Below, piece after piece: positions 17,654-25,397 of a DNA stretch of 29,049 nucleotides. The translations under genes were made by a program, and so were the position numbers. The stretch is from Candidatus Aenigmatarchaeota archaeon (GTDB lineage: Archaea > Aenigmatarchaeota > Aenigmatarchaeia > QMZP01 > QMZT01): contig JAZDFI010000016.1 of assembly GCA_043808015.1 (NCBI GenBank), positions 1-29,049 of the forward strand, written 5' to 3'. Every line of letters begins with the position of its first letter. Positions within the stretch are counted from its first letter, which is position 1. The notes under the pieces were generated by a model, which was not told where the DNA came from, made no database searches, and saw only the letters and a program-made list of their open reading frames with translations.

Positions 17654-17769
17654 GGGCTCGTAGCTCAGTGGTACAAGCTTCTTTACGAAAGAAGCTTGAG
17701 CAAGAAATTGCACTAAAGAGCGCTTGGTTCGCATCCAAGAGGCCTCGGGTTCAAATCCCGACGAGTCCA
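17654..17769 (+). tRNA. tRNA-Ala(CGC) with a 44-nt intron at position 20/21 (exons 17654-17672 and 17717-17769)
   Basis: Acceptor GGGCTCG/CGAGTCC with the G3:U70 Ala determinant and A73; anticodon arm CTTGG-TTCGCAT-CCAAG; T arm TCGGG-TTCAAAT-CCCGA. Splicing restores the D arm GCTC-AGTGGTA-GAGC. CCA is not encoded. Confidence 0.96.
17673..17716 (+). other. Bulge-helix-bulge tRNA intron in the D-loop
   Basis: GCTC-AGTG-GT^A-CAA ... TTG-CACT-AA^A-GAGC: 4-bp helix AGTG/CACT flanked by two 3-nt bulges. Confidence 0.9.
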
Positions 17770-17791
17770 CTAATATCTCAGTTGTGATTCT

Positions 17792-18505
17792 ATGACGAAA
17801 ATTCTCTACGTGACGGACGTCCATGGGACCGTCAAGGTATACGAGCGCGTGTTCGAGCTGGCTAAAGCGAGCGACGTCGAAGCTATCATAATCGGCGGCG
17901 ACATCACGTCCGGCGTCAACCCGAGCGGCCAGGCGTTCTTTCTCAAATTCTACCTGGTGCCCCGCCTCATCGAGTTCAAAAAGACCGTGAAAAAGCCCGT
18001 CTTCATCATGATGGGCAACGACGACTTCGAGGCTAATTTCAAATTATTGAAAAAGGCCGGGAAGTTGAGGGCTGCGATGCTGCTTCACAGGAAATCCTAC
18101 AGGCATAAAGGATGGACCATCGCAGGCTACCCTTACATAAATCCCACACCGTTCCTGCTGAAGGATTGGGAGAAGACTGAAGAGGAAATATACGCAGAAC
18201 TGAAGGCGATGTCGGCCAGGCTAGACATGGAGAAGATGATATTCGCCTTCCACGCGCCGCCGTTCGGCACGAAACTCGACGTCCTCCACAACGGCGAACA
18301 TAAAGGGAGCGAAGCCATACGCAGGTTCATCGAAGATTCGCAACCGGCGCTAGCGTTGCACGGTCACATCCACGAATCGCCCGCAGTCTCGAAAGCCATG
18401 AAGCAGAAGATAGGGCGCACGCTCTGTGTCAATCCAGGCAACGCCAAAATAATTTCAATCGACCTCCCGTCGCTAGCTCTAAAAGTCATCAAGGACGAGG
18501 CATGA
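17792..18505 (+). CDS. Calcineurin-like metallophosphoesterase (Icc-related)
   Basis: TDVHG, GGD, MGNDD, HAPP, HGHIHE, NPG. Confidence 0.9.
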   Translation: MTKILYVTDVHGTVKVYERVFELAKASDVEAIIIGGDITSGVNPSGQAFFLKFYLVPRLIEFKKTVKKPVFIMMGNDDFEANFKLLKKAGKLRAAMLLHRKSYRHKGWTIAGYPYINPTPFLLKDWEKTEEEIYAELKAMSARLDMEKMIFAFHAPPFGTKLDVLHNGEHKGSEAIRRFIEDSQPALALHGHIHESPAVSKAMKQKIGRTLCVNPGNAKIISIDLPSLALKVIKDEA

Positions 18506-18545
18506 TTTTTTAAGCCGTCGCGCAAAGAAATAAAGGATTGTTTTC

Positions 18546-18671
18546 ATGAGCCGGGAAAAAGCGCTGGTCGAGAAGAGGATGTGCAACAAGTGCGGCATAG
18601 TTTTCAAGCCCGCCAGCGCATGCCCGCGTTGCGGAAAAAGCGATAATCTCAGCGTTTATTTCGAGTTCTGA
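18546..18671 (+). CDS. 41-aa CPxCG-type zinc-finger microprotein (absent from the ORF track)
   Basis: MSREKALVEKRMCNKCGIVFKPASACPRCGKSDNLSVYFEF: CxxCG and CPxCG knuckles; fills the intergenic gap on the same strand as its neighbours. Confidence 0.8.
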   Translation: MSREKALVEKRMCNKCGIVFKPASACPRCGKSDNLSVYFEF

Positions 18672-18691
18672 AACTCCAAGGATTAAGTGTT

Positions 18692-19195
18692 ATGGCAGAA
18701 GAGGACAAATACAAGAAAAGAATGATTTCATGCTTCCGCTTCCCTGAAGAGGGATTGTCGCTGAGCGAGTGGGGCAAGATACGCAATCCCTTTCGTGTTC
18801 TCCGCAACTTCATAATAATAACCGCGTGCAAGTACATGCCCGACATCAGGCTCAAGAACAGGCTTTACAGGAGGACGGGCATCAAAATCGGAAAGAACGT
18901 GCGCATATACGGCACGAACTTCGACATATTCTTCCCCGAGATGATAGAGATAGGTGACAATTGCACCATAGGCTCTTTCACGACTATCGTGACGCACGAG
19001 TTCCACCACAACCAGTACAAGAAGGGCCGCGTTAAGATAGGGAACAATGTCCTCGTCGGCTCGCTCACCATGATTCTCGCTGGCGTCGAGATAGGCGATA
19101 ACGCAAAGGTCGCTGCTTATTCGCTGGTCAACAGGAGCGTTCCCCCCGGCGCGATGGTCGGCGGCGTCCCAATAAAGGACATAGGTAAGAAATGA
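18692..19195 (+). CDS. Hexapeptide-repeat (left-handed beta-helix) acyltransferase
   Basis: IKIGKNV, IEIGDNCTIG, VKIGNNVLVG, VEIGDNAKVA, GGVP. Confidence 0.9.
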   Translation: MAEEDKYKKRMISCFRFPEEGLSLSEWGKIRNPFRVLRNFIIITACKYMPDIRLKNRLYRRTGIKIGKNVRIYGTNFDIFFPEMIEIGDNCTIGSFTTIVTHEFHHNQYKKGRVKIGNNVLVGSLTMILAGVEIGDNAKVAAYSLVNRSVPPGAMVGGVPIKDIGKK

Positions 19196-19800
19196 TGCTT
19201 AAGCTTTCACGTTTTTCAGAGCTGGTATTCAGCGACAGGCGCGTGCTAGCGTTCCTGATTTTCGCCAACGTCCTCGGCTTTTTCGTCGGGTTGTATTTTT
19301 ACTGGCCGCAGCTCATGGACTCGTCGCCTGCGCTATGGATAATAATAATCGACTCGCCTCTTTCAGTGCTCATGATCGCGATAGTATGTGCGCTTTTCTT
19401 TTTCCGGAGAAAAGTACCAGAAATTTTGAAATGCCTTACCGGGGCGTATCTCATCGAATACGGCCTCTGGACAGTCGCTGCTATAGCGCTTTACTGGAAT
19501 AATTACGTGACTTCGCCGGACCCGCTCGACCCGGTCATAGGCATAATCAACGTCTTCCTGCACCTCGGCATGGTCGTCGAAGGCGTAGCGCTCGTTCCTC
19601 AGCTGCGCCCGAAAATAAAACACGCGCTTCTGGTGCTGGCGGTACTGCTGGTGAACAATTTTTTCGATTATTTCCTCGGCACTTTGACCAGGGTGCCGGA
19701 CACATACAAAAACATTCTGGCCGTAGAAAGCTTTACCGTGACGCTGGCGCTAGCCGCGGTTATTTTCATTTTGACGCGCGGCCGGAACAGGAAACCCTGA
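19192..19800 (+). CDS. Membrane protein, DUF1405-like
   Basis: N..G...G.Y.Y..QL, DSP, YGLW, HLGM..E, DY pattern; ATGA overlap with the acyltransferase. Confidence 0.75.
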   Translation: MMLKLSRFSELVFSDRRVLAFLIFANVLGFFVGLYFYWPQLMDSSPALWIIIIDSPLSVLMIAIVCALFFFRRKVPEILKCLTGAYLIEYGLWTVAAIALYWNNYVTSPDPLDPVIGIINVFLHLGMVVEGVALVPQLRPKIKHALLVLAVLLVNNFFDYFLGTLTRVPDTYKNILAVESFTVTLALAAVIFILTRGRNRKP

Positions 19801-20809
19801 AATGCTCGCCGTTTTCTTTGGTTACGAATTTAGAGCCGAGGAACTTTTCGCAAAGCCATATGTTCGTCTTCACGTGCTCGGTAAGCTCCGGCACGAGTAT
19901 TTCTGATTTGCCGCAGGCGAGCGCCATGAAGGGAATGAGCTGGTCCGCGAGCTGGAAGCCAACGGTAGAGCCGTAATCAATTTCTTCTTTCAGTTTGAAT
20001 GCCGCTTCTTCCCCGGCGACTTCGGCGGGCTTCTTCTCCTCGCCGACGTGGTCTCCTGATAGAATGCATCCGGTCGTTGTCCTGGCCCAGACGACGAAAG
20101 CCGAGCCAGTCGAAGCGGCGCTGACATAAGACGGCTTTATCTCGACGCCTTTCTCTTTCCTTATTATCCTGCGGTATCCCGCTATTTGCCGTTCGGCTAC
20201 GTTCCTGGATTTCAGGTCATTCGAAGCGATGGAAAGGCCTGTTATGGTTTCCACGTCACCGGCGTCCTTCATGACTATGGGTGCGATTTTCTTAGCGGGG
20301 CTTATCTCGAACACGACATCGGCGCCGCCTTTCGGGAAGAAGCCGTGCTTGTTTATGGTGAATTTCGCTTCGATGCCCATCTTCGCGAGCGTCGGCAGCA
20401 AAACGTTTTCCATGTAGTAGACCGGCGGTGCCCAGAGGCTCGCAGTCGAGCCGCCCTTTATCCTGAGAATCGTTTTTCCGGAAGCGCAAATGGCGGGAAT
20501 CATGACGGCATAAGTAAGCAGGCCTATTGAGCCGGCGGTTTCAATCGCTACGTCGATAGTTCCGCTCTTTATTTTTTTCGGCGTGAACTCTATTTCCTTT
20601 GAGCCGACTTCATCACCCTTCAGTTTCGCACCGCTCAGCTTCGCTATCGCCCTCAACGTTTCGAGATGCTGGTGGCGGAGGCCGGGGTTGGGGCGCTTCG
20701 CGCGTATGTCGGTTATTTTTATCGGCTTTCCGGTAAGCGCAGAAAACGCGGTCGCGAGCCGGACTATCGTTCCCGACCCGCTGCCGTATTCGCCCGGAAT
20801 TACAATCAT
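19766..20809 (-). CDS. rtcA: RNA 3'-terminal phosphate cyclase
   Basis: IRAKRPNPGLRHQHL, TAGSIGL, GFFPKGG, LADQL and catalytic His in LTEHVKTN. Confidence 0.92.
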   Translation of the reverse strand: MIVIPGEYGSGSGTIVRLATAFSALTGKPIKITDIRAKRPNPGLRHQHLETLRAIAKLSGAKLKGDEVGSKEIEFTPKKIKSGTIDVAIETAGSIGLLTYAVMIPAICASGKTILRIKGGSTASLWAPPVYYMENVLLPTLAKMGIEAKFTINKHGFFPKGGADVVFEISPAKKIAPIVMKDAGDVETITGLSIASNDLKSRNVAERQIAGYRRIIRKEKGVEIKPSYVSAASTGSAFVVWARTTTGCILSGDHVGEEKKPAEVAGEEAAFKLKEEIDYGSTVGFQLADQLIPFMALACGKSEILVPELTEHVKTNIWLCEKFLGSKFVTKENGEHFRVSCSGRASK

Positions 20810-20863
20810 GCTTAATACTTTGTGGCTTGGAATAAAAGAAGCTTTTGCGTTTTTGTGTGAAAT

Positions 20864-22114
20864 CTAGTCTATCCTGAGCGTGTCGCCGTTCTTCGGAGCG
20901 ACCGCGTTGAAGCCCATGCCGTTCAGCTCTTTCGCGAACTCCTCGGTCTTTTCTCCGTGCACGAGGACGATTTTCTTCGGCCTCACCTTTTTGTAGAACT
21001 CGATAAGATGGTCGTGGTCCGTGTGAGCCGAGAAGTCAAGGAACTCTATGCGCATCCTCGGCTTCACGTCGATTTCGCCGCTCACGAACCTGCCGGTTTC
21101 CATGAGATTCCTTCCGCCTGTGCCGGGCACCTGGTATCCGGTCATGACGAGCGAGCAGTCCTCCCTGCCGTGCAGTCTCGAAAGATAGCTCAGTATAGGT
21201 CCTCCGTTAAGCATGCCGGCCGTCGTGATTATGGCGCAAGGCTTCTCTATTATCCTGTCGCGCTCGCTGGCGCGCGTCACCTTGTGGGCGCGCGAGAACG
21301 CGTTGCTCAGCTTCTTGTAATCCTTTACGCTTTTCGCGTGGCGCAGTATCGCTTCAGTCGCGCGCACGCCCATGCCGTCCAGGTATATCGGGACGCCGAG
21401 ATCGGCGATGTTGAGCAGTATCTCCTGGGTCCTGCCGACAGCGAACGCCGGTATCAGGCACACGCCGCCGCCGTATATGGTCCTCTGCACAGTCTTCCTC
21501 AGACCGTTCTCTATGACGGTCCTGTCAGGATGGTTCGTGTACGAGTAAGTTGATTCCGAGATGAGGACGTCTATGTCGTGAAAGTCGGTGTCCGCGCCGT
21601 TCATGAGCTGCGTGCCGCCGAACTTTATGTCGCCCGTGAAGAGGACGCGCTTTCCCCGGCTCTCGAGAAGAGTCGTCATGCTCCCCGGAATGTGGCCGGC
21701 GTTGTGGAAGCTGACATTCGATAGGGTAAAGTCCTGCGTCTCGCCGCTCTTGAGAAACGATGCATTCCGTTCGAGGTGCTTTATGTCTTCCATGAAAAAG
21801 TCGAGGTCGTTGCATTCGCTCTTCTGTATCTTCAGCGAGTCGCGGAGCAGTATCGAGAGCAAATCGAGAGTGGTCGGGTCGCAGTATAGCATGCCCTCGT
21901 ATCCCTCCCTGTAGACCTGAGGAAGGAGGCCTGAGTGGTCGAGATGCGCGTGCGAGACGAAAACGCCGTCGAAGTTTATCTCCGGCTTTATGGGCTTGCC
22001 CAAGTTCTCCACGTTTATGCCGTATTCCCACAGGAATTTTTCGGCTCCCGTATCGACGAGCATGCCCATCCTGCCTACTTCCCTGCAACCACCGAGGAAA
22101 CGTATATCAATCAT
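20864..22114 (-). CDS. Beta-CASP metallo-beta-lactamase ribonuclease (aCPSF2-like, no KH domains)
   Basis: FLGGCREVGR, SHAHLDH, AGHIPG, TGD, ESTY, AVGRTQE, FSAHTD, VHGE. ATG 22114 preferred over 22123. Confidence 0.92.
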   Translation of the reverse strand: MIDIRFLGGCREVGRMGMLVDTGAEKFLWEYGINVENLGKPIKPEINFDGVFVSHAHLDHSGLLPQVYREGYEGMLYCDPTTLDLLSILLRDSLKIQKSECNDLDFFMEDIKHLERNASFLKSGETQDFTLSNVSFHNAGHIPGSMTTLLESRGKRVLFTGDIKFGGTQLMNGADTDFHDIDVLISESTYSYTNHPDRTVIENGLRKTVQRTIYGGGVCLIPAFAVGRTQEILLNIADLGVPIYLDGMGVRATEAILRHAKSVKDYKKLSNAFSRAHKVTRASERDRIIEKPCAIITTAGMLNGGPILSYLSRLHGREDCSLVMTGYQVPGTGGRNLMETGRFVSGEIDVKPRMRIEFLDFSAHTDHDHLIEFYKKVRPKKIVLVHGEKTEEFAKELNGMGFNAVAPKNGDTLRID

Positions 22115-22183
22115 GCAAAACACATCATTCGAAGCGCAATAGATAATAATTGGCTGAATTTAGTTAAATGTGCGCGCGTCTAT

Positions 22184-22723
22184 TTAAGCTGCCCGTCCTT
22201 TTCGTTTCTTCGCGATTCTGGTCGTCAGCTGGTAAGCAGCGTCGAAGCATACGATACCAGCGAAGATTATCCACTGGCCTGTCAGGAGCGAGACGGCGAA
22301 AGCCGCGGGCTCGATGAGCATGAGCCTCGACTTGAGCAGCTTCGCTGGTACGCCTTTGATTTTTCCCCTGTCCGCAAGGCTGTTGCCTATCTCATCGCCG
22401 ATGCCGGCGAGCAGGAATACCGCTACTTGCAAAACGTCCGCGCCGCGGAAGCCCATCGCGACCAGGCCTGCGGCCAGCGCGGCAATCCCTAGCGTATGAG
22501 GAAGCCGGTCTATCTTGCGCGTGATAATGACGGCAAGCGTCAGGGCAACCCCCAGCGGAGCTAGCGCCGGCTCGCTTGTCATCACGTATGCGATGGCCAG
22601 GCCGTACAACGCTCCCGTAACGTAAGCGATGCGCTTGTCTGCCTTTATGTCCTTGTCTACTATCAGGTCGGTGAACTTCGTCAGAAATCCCGCAGCGAAC
22701 GCCGCGAGCAGAATAGTCAGCAT
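22184..22723 (-). CDS. Hypothetical membrane protein
   Basis: 179 aa, mostly hydrophobic, with K..D..VD, KID...H and DE motifs; 18 nt downstream of dhs on the same strand. Confidence 0.75.
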   Translation of the reverse strand: MLTILLAAFAAGFLTKFTDLIVDKDIKADKRIAYVTGALYGLAIAYVMTSEPALAPLGVALTLAVIITRKIDRLPHTLGIAALAAGLVAMGFRGADVLQVAVFLLAGIGDEIGNSLADRGKIKGVPAKLLKSRLMLIEPAAFAVSLLTGQWIIFAGIVCFDAAYQLTTRIAKKRKGRAA

Positions 22724-22741
22724 ACAAACAACCAGGTCCGA

Positions 22742-23653
22742 TCAAATCAACTCGTGAATCAGCAGCGGGAAAATTATCGTCGCGTCACCATCGATGGTTA
22801 CATGATTCTTGATTTTTTTCCCGCTCTTTATCTTACCCCACGATATCGCTTCGTTGGTTCTCGCTCCGGAAAGCGAGCCGTCCCAGGGAGACGACGTCGT
22901 GACATAAACAGCGTAGTCGAGTCCGCCGCGCACCAGGTTCGCTCCGAGCGCATGGTGCTTCGAAATTCCGCCTCCGAGTATTATGCCGCCCGTCTTCTCC
23001 GCGTTGAGCGTTATACCAGCGAGATCTTTCATGTCGCCGGTCACGTCTATCGCGAAATCGGGATGGTCCTGCTTGAAGAAGAACGTCTGGAGCCCGATCG
23101 CTGAGTCCGTGATGCCCGGCGAGAAGACCGGGATGTTGTTTTTGGCCGCCCAGTAAAGGAACGAGTTCCTGTCGTTAGTCATGGTTCCCAGGCGCCGTGC
23201 TATCTCGCTCGGGCTCGTCGATTTCCCGTGCTTGTACATTTTCGCGAACATGGGCTGGAGCTTCTTCTCGAGAAACACGTATCGCTCAGTCGGGACTATG
23301 ATATTGCCTATCCTGTTCATCCCCTTTTTATGCAGCTGCGCGTCGTCCATGTTGAAGTCGCCGAGCAGGTACGGTCGATACGAGCGGATGAAATCGTGCT
23401 CTATCGCGCCTCCTGTGGTGATTATGACATCGACTAACCGCTTCTCGCATAGCCGCGCGAACAGACTGCGAAGCCCGCTGGCGGCCATGTTGGCCGTGAA
23501 TGTCAGGAATATCGTCGCTTTTTCCTTGCGCATGAGCCTGATTATTTCGACTCCCTCTGCAAGGTGCGTGGCCTGGAAGCCGGCGGAGCGCATCTGCTTC
23601 ACGAGCCTGCCGATATCCGCGGCTTCTAGATTATAGTCCTTTACGCTGTTCAT
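22742..23653 (-). CDS. dhs: Deoxyhypusine synthase
   Basis: GFQAT, TANM..SGLR, EHD, NRIGN, TDSAIG, GGGISKHH, DGSLSGA, EAISWGK (active-site Lys), DAT. ATG 23653 preferred over 23662. Confidence 0.95.
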   Translation of the reverse strand: MNSVKDYNLEAADIGRLVKQMRSAGFQATHLAEGVEIIRLMRKEKATIFLTFTANMAASGLRSLFARLCEKRLVDVIITTGGAIEHDFIRSYRPYLLGDFNMDDAQLHKKGMNRIGNIIVPTERYVFLEKKLQPMFAKMYKHGKSTSPSEIARRLGTMTNDRNSFLYWAAKNNIPVFSPGITDSAIGLQTFFFKQDHPDFAIDVTGDMKDLAGITLNAEKTGGIILGGGISKHHALGANLVRGGLDYAVYVTTSSPWDGSLSGARTNEAISWGKIKSGKKIKNHVTIDGDATIIFPLLIHELI

Positions 23654-23686
23654 ACAACACAATTGGCCATGCGGTTTATAAAATCT

Positions 23687-24031
23687 TCATCCCGGGGCGA
23701 CTTTCCAGAATTTCCACGTCGGCTTGCCGAAGAACGACAGCATTAGTATCATGACGAAGAAGAACATCACGACAAGGAATATCGCAGCCATGACGTAAGT
23801 CGTCACGATAGCCGCGGCTTCGCCCACCGAGAATATGAATATCAGCGACGCGGCAAGAACCGATACCACGACGAATATCACTTTCTCATATTTCTTGGGC
23901 TCGCGCTTCCGAGCCTTCTTTATCCAGTTGAACAGCAGGAAATAAAGCAGAGTGAAAACCAGCAGAGCGGTCAGCAGCGCGAAAAACCCGGCCTTGTACA
24001 AAAAGTCGATAGCGCTCTCCCACGGACCCAT
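23687..24031 (-). CDS. Hypothetical membrane protein (3 TM)
   Basis: 114 aa, three hydrophobic helices with a basic loop; TTTATTAA promoter-like motif about 30 nt upstream. Confidence 0.7.
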   Translation of the reverse strand: MGPWESAIDFLYKAGFFALLTALLVFTLLYFLLFNWIKKARKREPKKYEKVIFVVVSVLAASLIFIFSVGEAAAIVTTYVMAAIFLVVMFFFVMILMLSFFGKPTWKFWKVAPG

Positions 24032-24124
24032 GATAAATTATTGCACTGGCGATTTTAATAAACCGGTTTTGCCACGGTTTTTCCTGCGCGGCGCGCTTAA
24101 ATAGCTGCGATGCATGGTTGTTTC

Positions 24125-24205
24125 ATGAGCAAAAACTCGCTGTCCAGAAAAAGAGCATTCCCGGTCAGCGACAGCAGCGACGACTTCTATTCGTATTTTA
24201 TTTAG
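24125..24205 (+). CDS. Candidate 26-aa small ORF / leader peptide upstream of tyrS
   Basis: MSKNSLSRKRAFPVSDSSDDFYSYFI; CTTAAATA at 24096-24103 is 29 nt before the ATG. Confidence 0.45.
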   Translation: MSKNSLSRKRAFPVSDSSDDFYSYFI

Positions 24206-24298
24206 GCCTGGTTATTTTGGCCGGCACAACACTTTTATACAATTTCAAATCGGGTCCAAAAATATTAACTAAGCAAACAAAGTATTAAGTGACTGCAT

Positions 24299-25381
24299 AT
24301 GGATGTCGAAAAGCGCTTCGAGTTGGTTTCGCAGGTAGGCGAGGGCGGAGAAATCGTCACTTCAGAAGAGCTGAAGGCGCTGCTCGCTGAAAAGAAACGT
24401 CCGATAGCTTACGACGGCTTCGAGCCGAGCGGGCACGTCCACATAGCGCAGGGCCTGCTCCGTGCGATTAATATTAACAAAATGACAGCCGCCGGCTGCA
24501 AGTTCAAGATGTTTGTCGCCGACTGGCATGGCTGGGCTAACAACAAGATGGGCGGCAATCTCGATAGCATACAATCTGTAGGCAAATACCTCATCGAAGT
24601 GTGGAGAGCCTGCGGCATGGATCTCGAGAACGTCGAGTTCGTATGGTCATCAGAACTGGTGAAAGACGACGACTACTGGAAGAAGGTCATGCAGGTCGCT
24701 CGCAACACGACCGTCGCTCGCATCGTGCGTTGCGGCCAGATAATGGGCCGTAAGGATGCGGATGTGCAGCAGGCGTCGCAGATTCTCTACCCGTGCATGC
24801 AGGCCGCGGACATTTTTCACCTTAAGGCGGACATATGCCAGCTTGGTCTTGACCAGCGCAAGGTCAATGTTCTAGCGCGCGAGATCGGCCCGAAGCTCGG
24901 CTACTGGAAGCCGGTCATAGTCTCTCACCATATGATGATGGGGCTGCTCGCGCCGTCGACCGGCGAAAACGAAAAGATGGAAAGGATAATAGACATGAAG
25001 ATGTCGAAATCGAAACCCGACTCCGCGATATTCATGACAGATTCGCCTGACGAAGTCAAGCGCAAGATTTCCAAGGCTTACTGCCCGGAGAAGCAGGTCG
25101 CGGAAAACCCTGTACTCGAATACTGCAAGTTCATAATCTTCGAGAAGTTCAAGACATTCGATATCAAGCGGCCTGATAAGTTCGGAGGCGACGTGTCTTT
25201 CGAAAGCTACGTAGAACTTGAAAAAGCGTACGCGGAAGGCAAAATCCATCCCATGGATTTGAAAGCGGGAGTGACGTCTCGCCTGAACGAGCTGCTCGAG
25301 CCGGTCAGACAGCACTTCGAGAATAACGCGAAGGCGAAAGAACTGCTAGGGATGGTCAACAAGCTCGAAGTGACGCGCTAG
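24299..25381 (+). CDS. tyrS: Tyrosine--tRNA ligase (archaeal/eukaryote-like)
   Basis: YDGFEPSG.VHIAQG (HIGH variant), ADWH, YPCMQAAD, GLDQRKVN, KMSKS, HPMDLK. Confidence 0.96.
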   Translation: MDVEKRFELVSQVGEGGEIVTSEELKALLAEKKRPIAYDGFEPSGHVHIAQGLLRAININKMTAAGCKFKMFVADWHGWANNKMGGNLDSIQSVGKYLIEVWRACGMDLENVEFVWSSELVKDDDYWKKVMQVARNTTVARIVRCGQIMGRKDADVQQASQILYPCMQAADIFHLKADICQLGLDQRKVNVLAREIGPKLGYWKPVIVSHHMMMGLLAPSTGENEKMERIIDMKMSKSKPDSAIFMTDSPDEVKRKISKAYCPEKQVAENPVLEYCKFIIFEKFKTFDIKRPDKFGGDVSFESYVELEKAYAEGKIHPMDLKAGVTSRLNELLEPVRQHFENNAKAKELLGMVNKLEVTR

Positions 25382-25397
25382 TTCAGAACAATAATTT

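Noticed and set aside
17674-17698. Intron hairpin as a second nested BHB intron or a CRISPR repeat
   Set aside because: It is a continuous helix without BHB bulges, and is a single copy with no spacers or cas genes
17654-17800. tRNA as an integration site for a provirus or island
   Set aside because: No integrase and no duplicated tRNA fragment seen in the window; flanking genes are cellular
17582-17824. 80-aa minus-strand ORF across the tRNA
   Set aside because: Antisense reading of the tRNA gene
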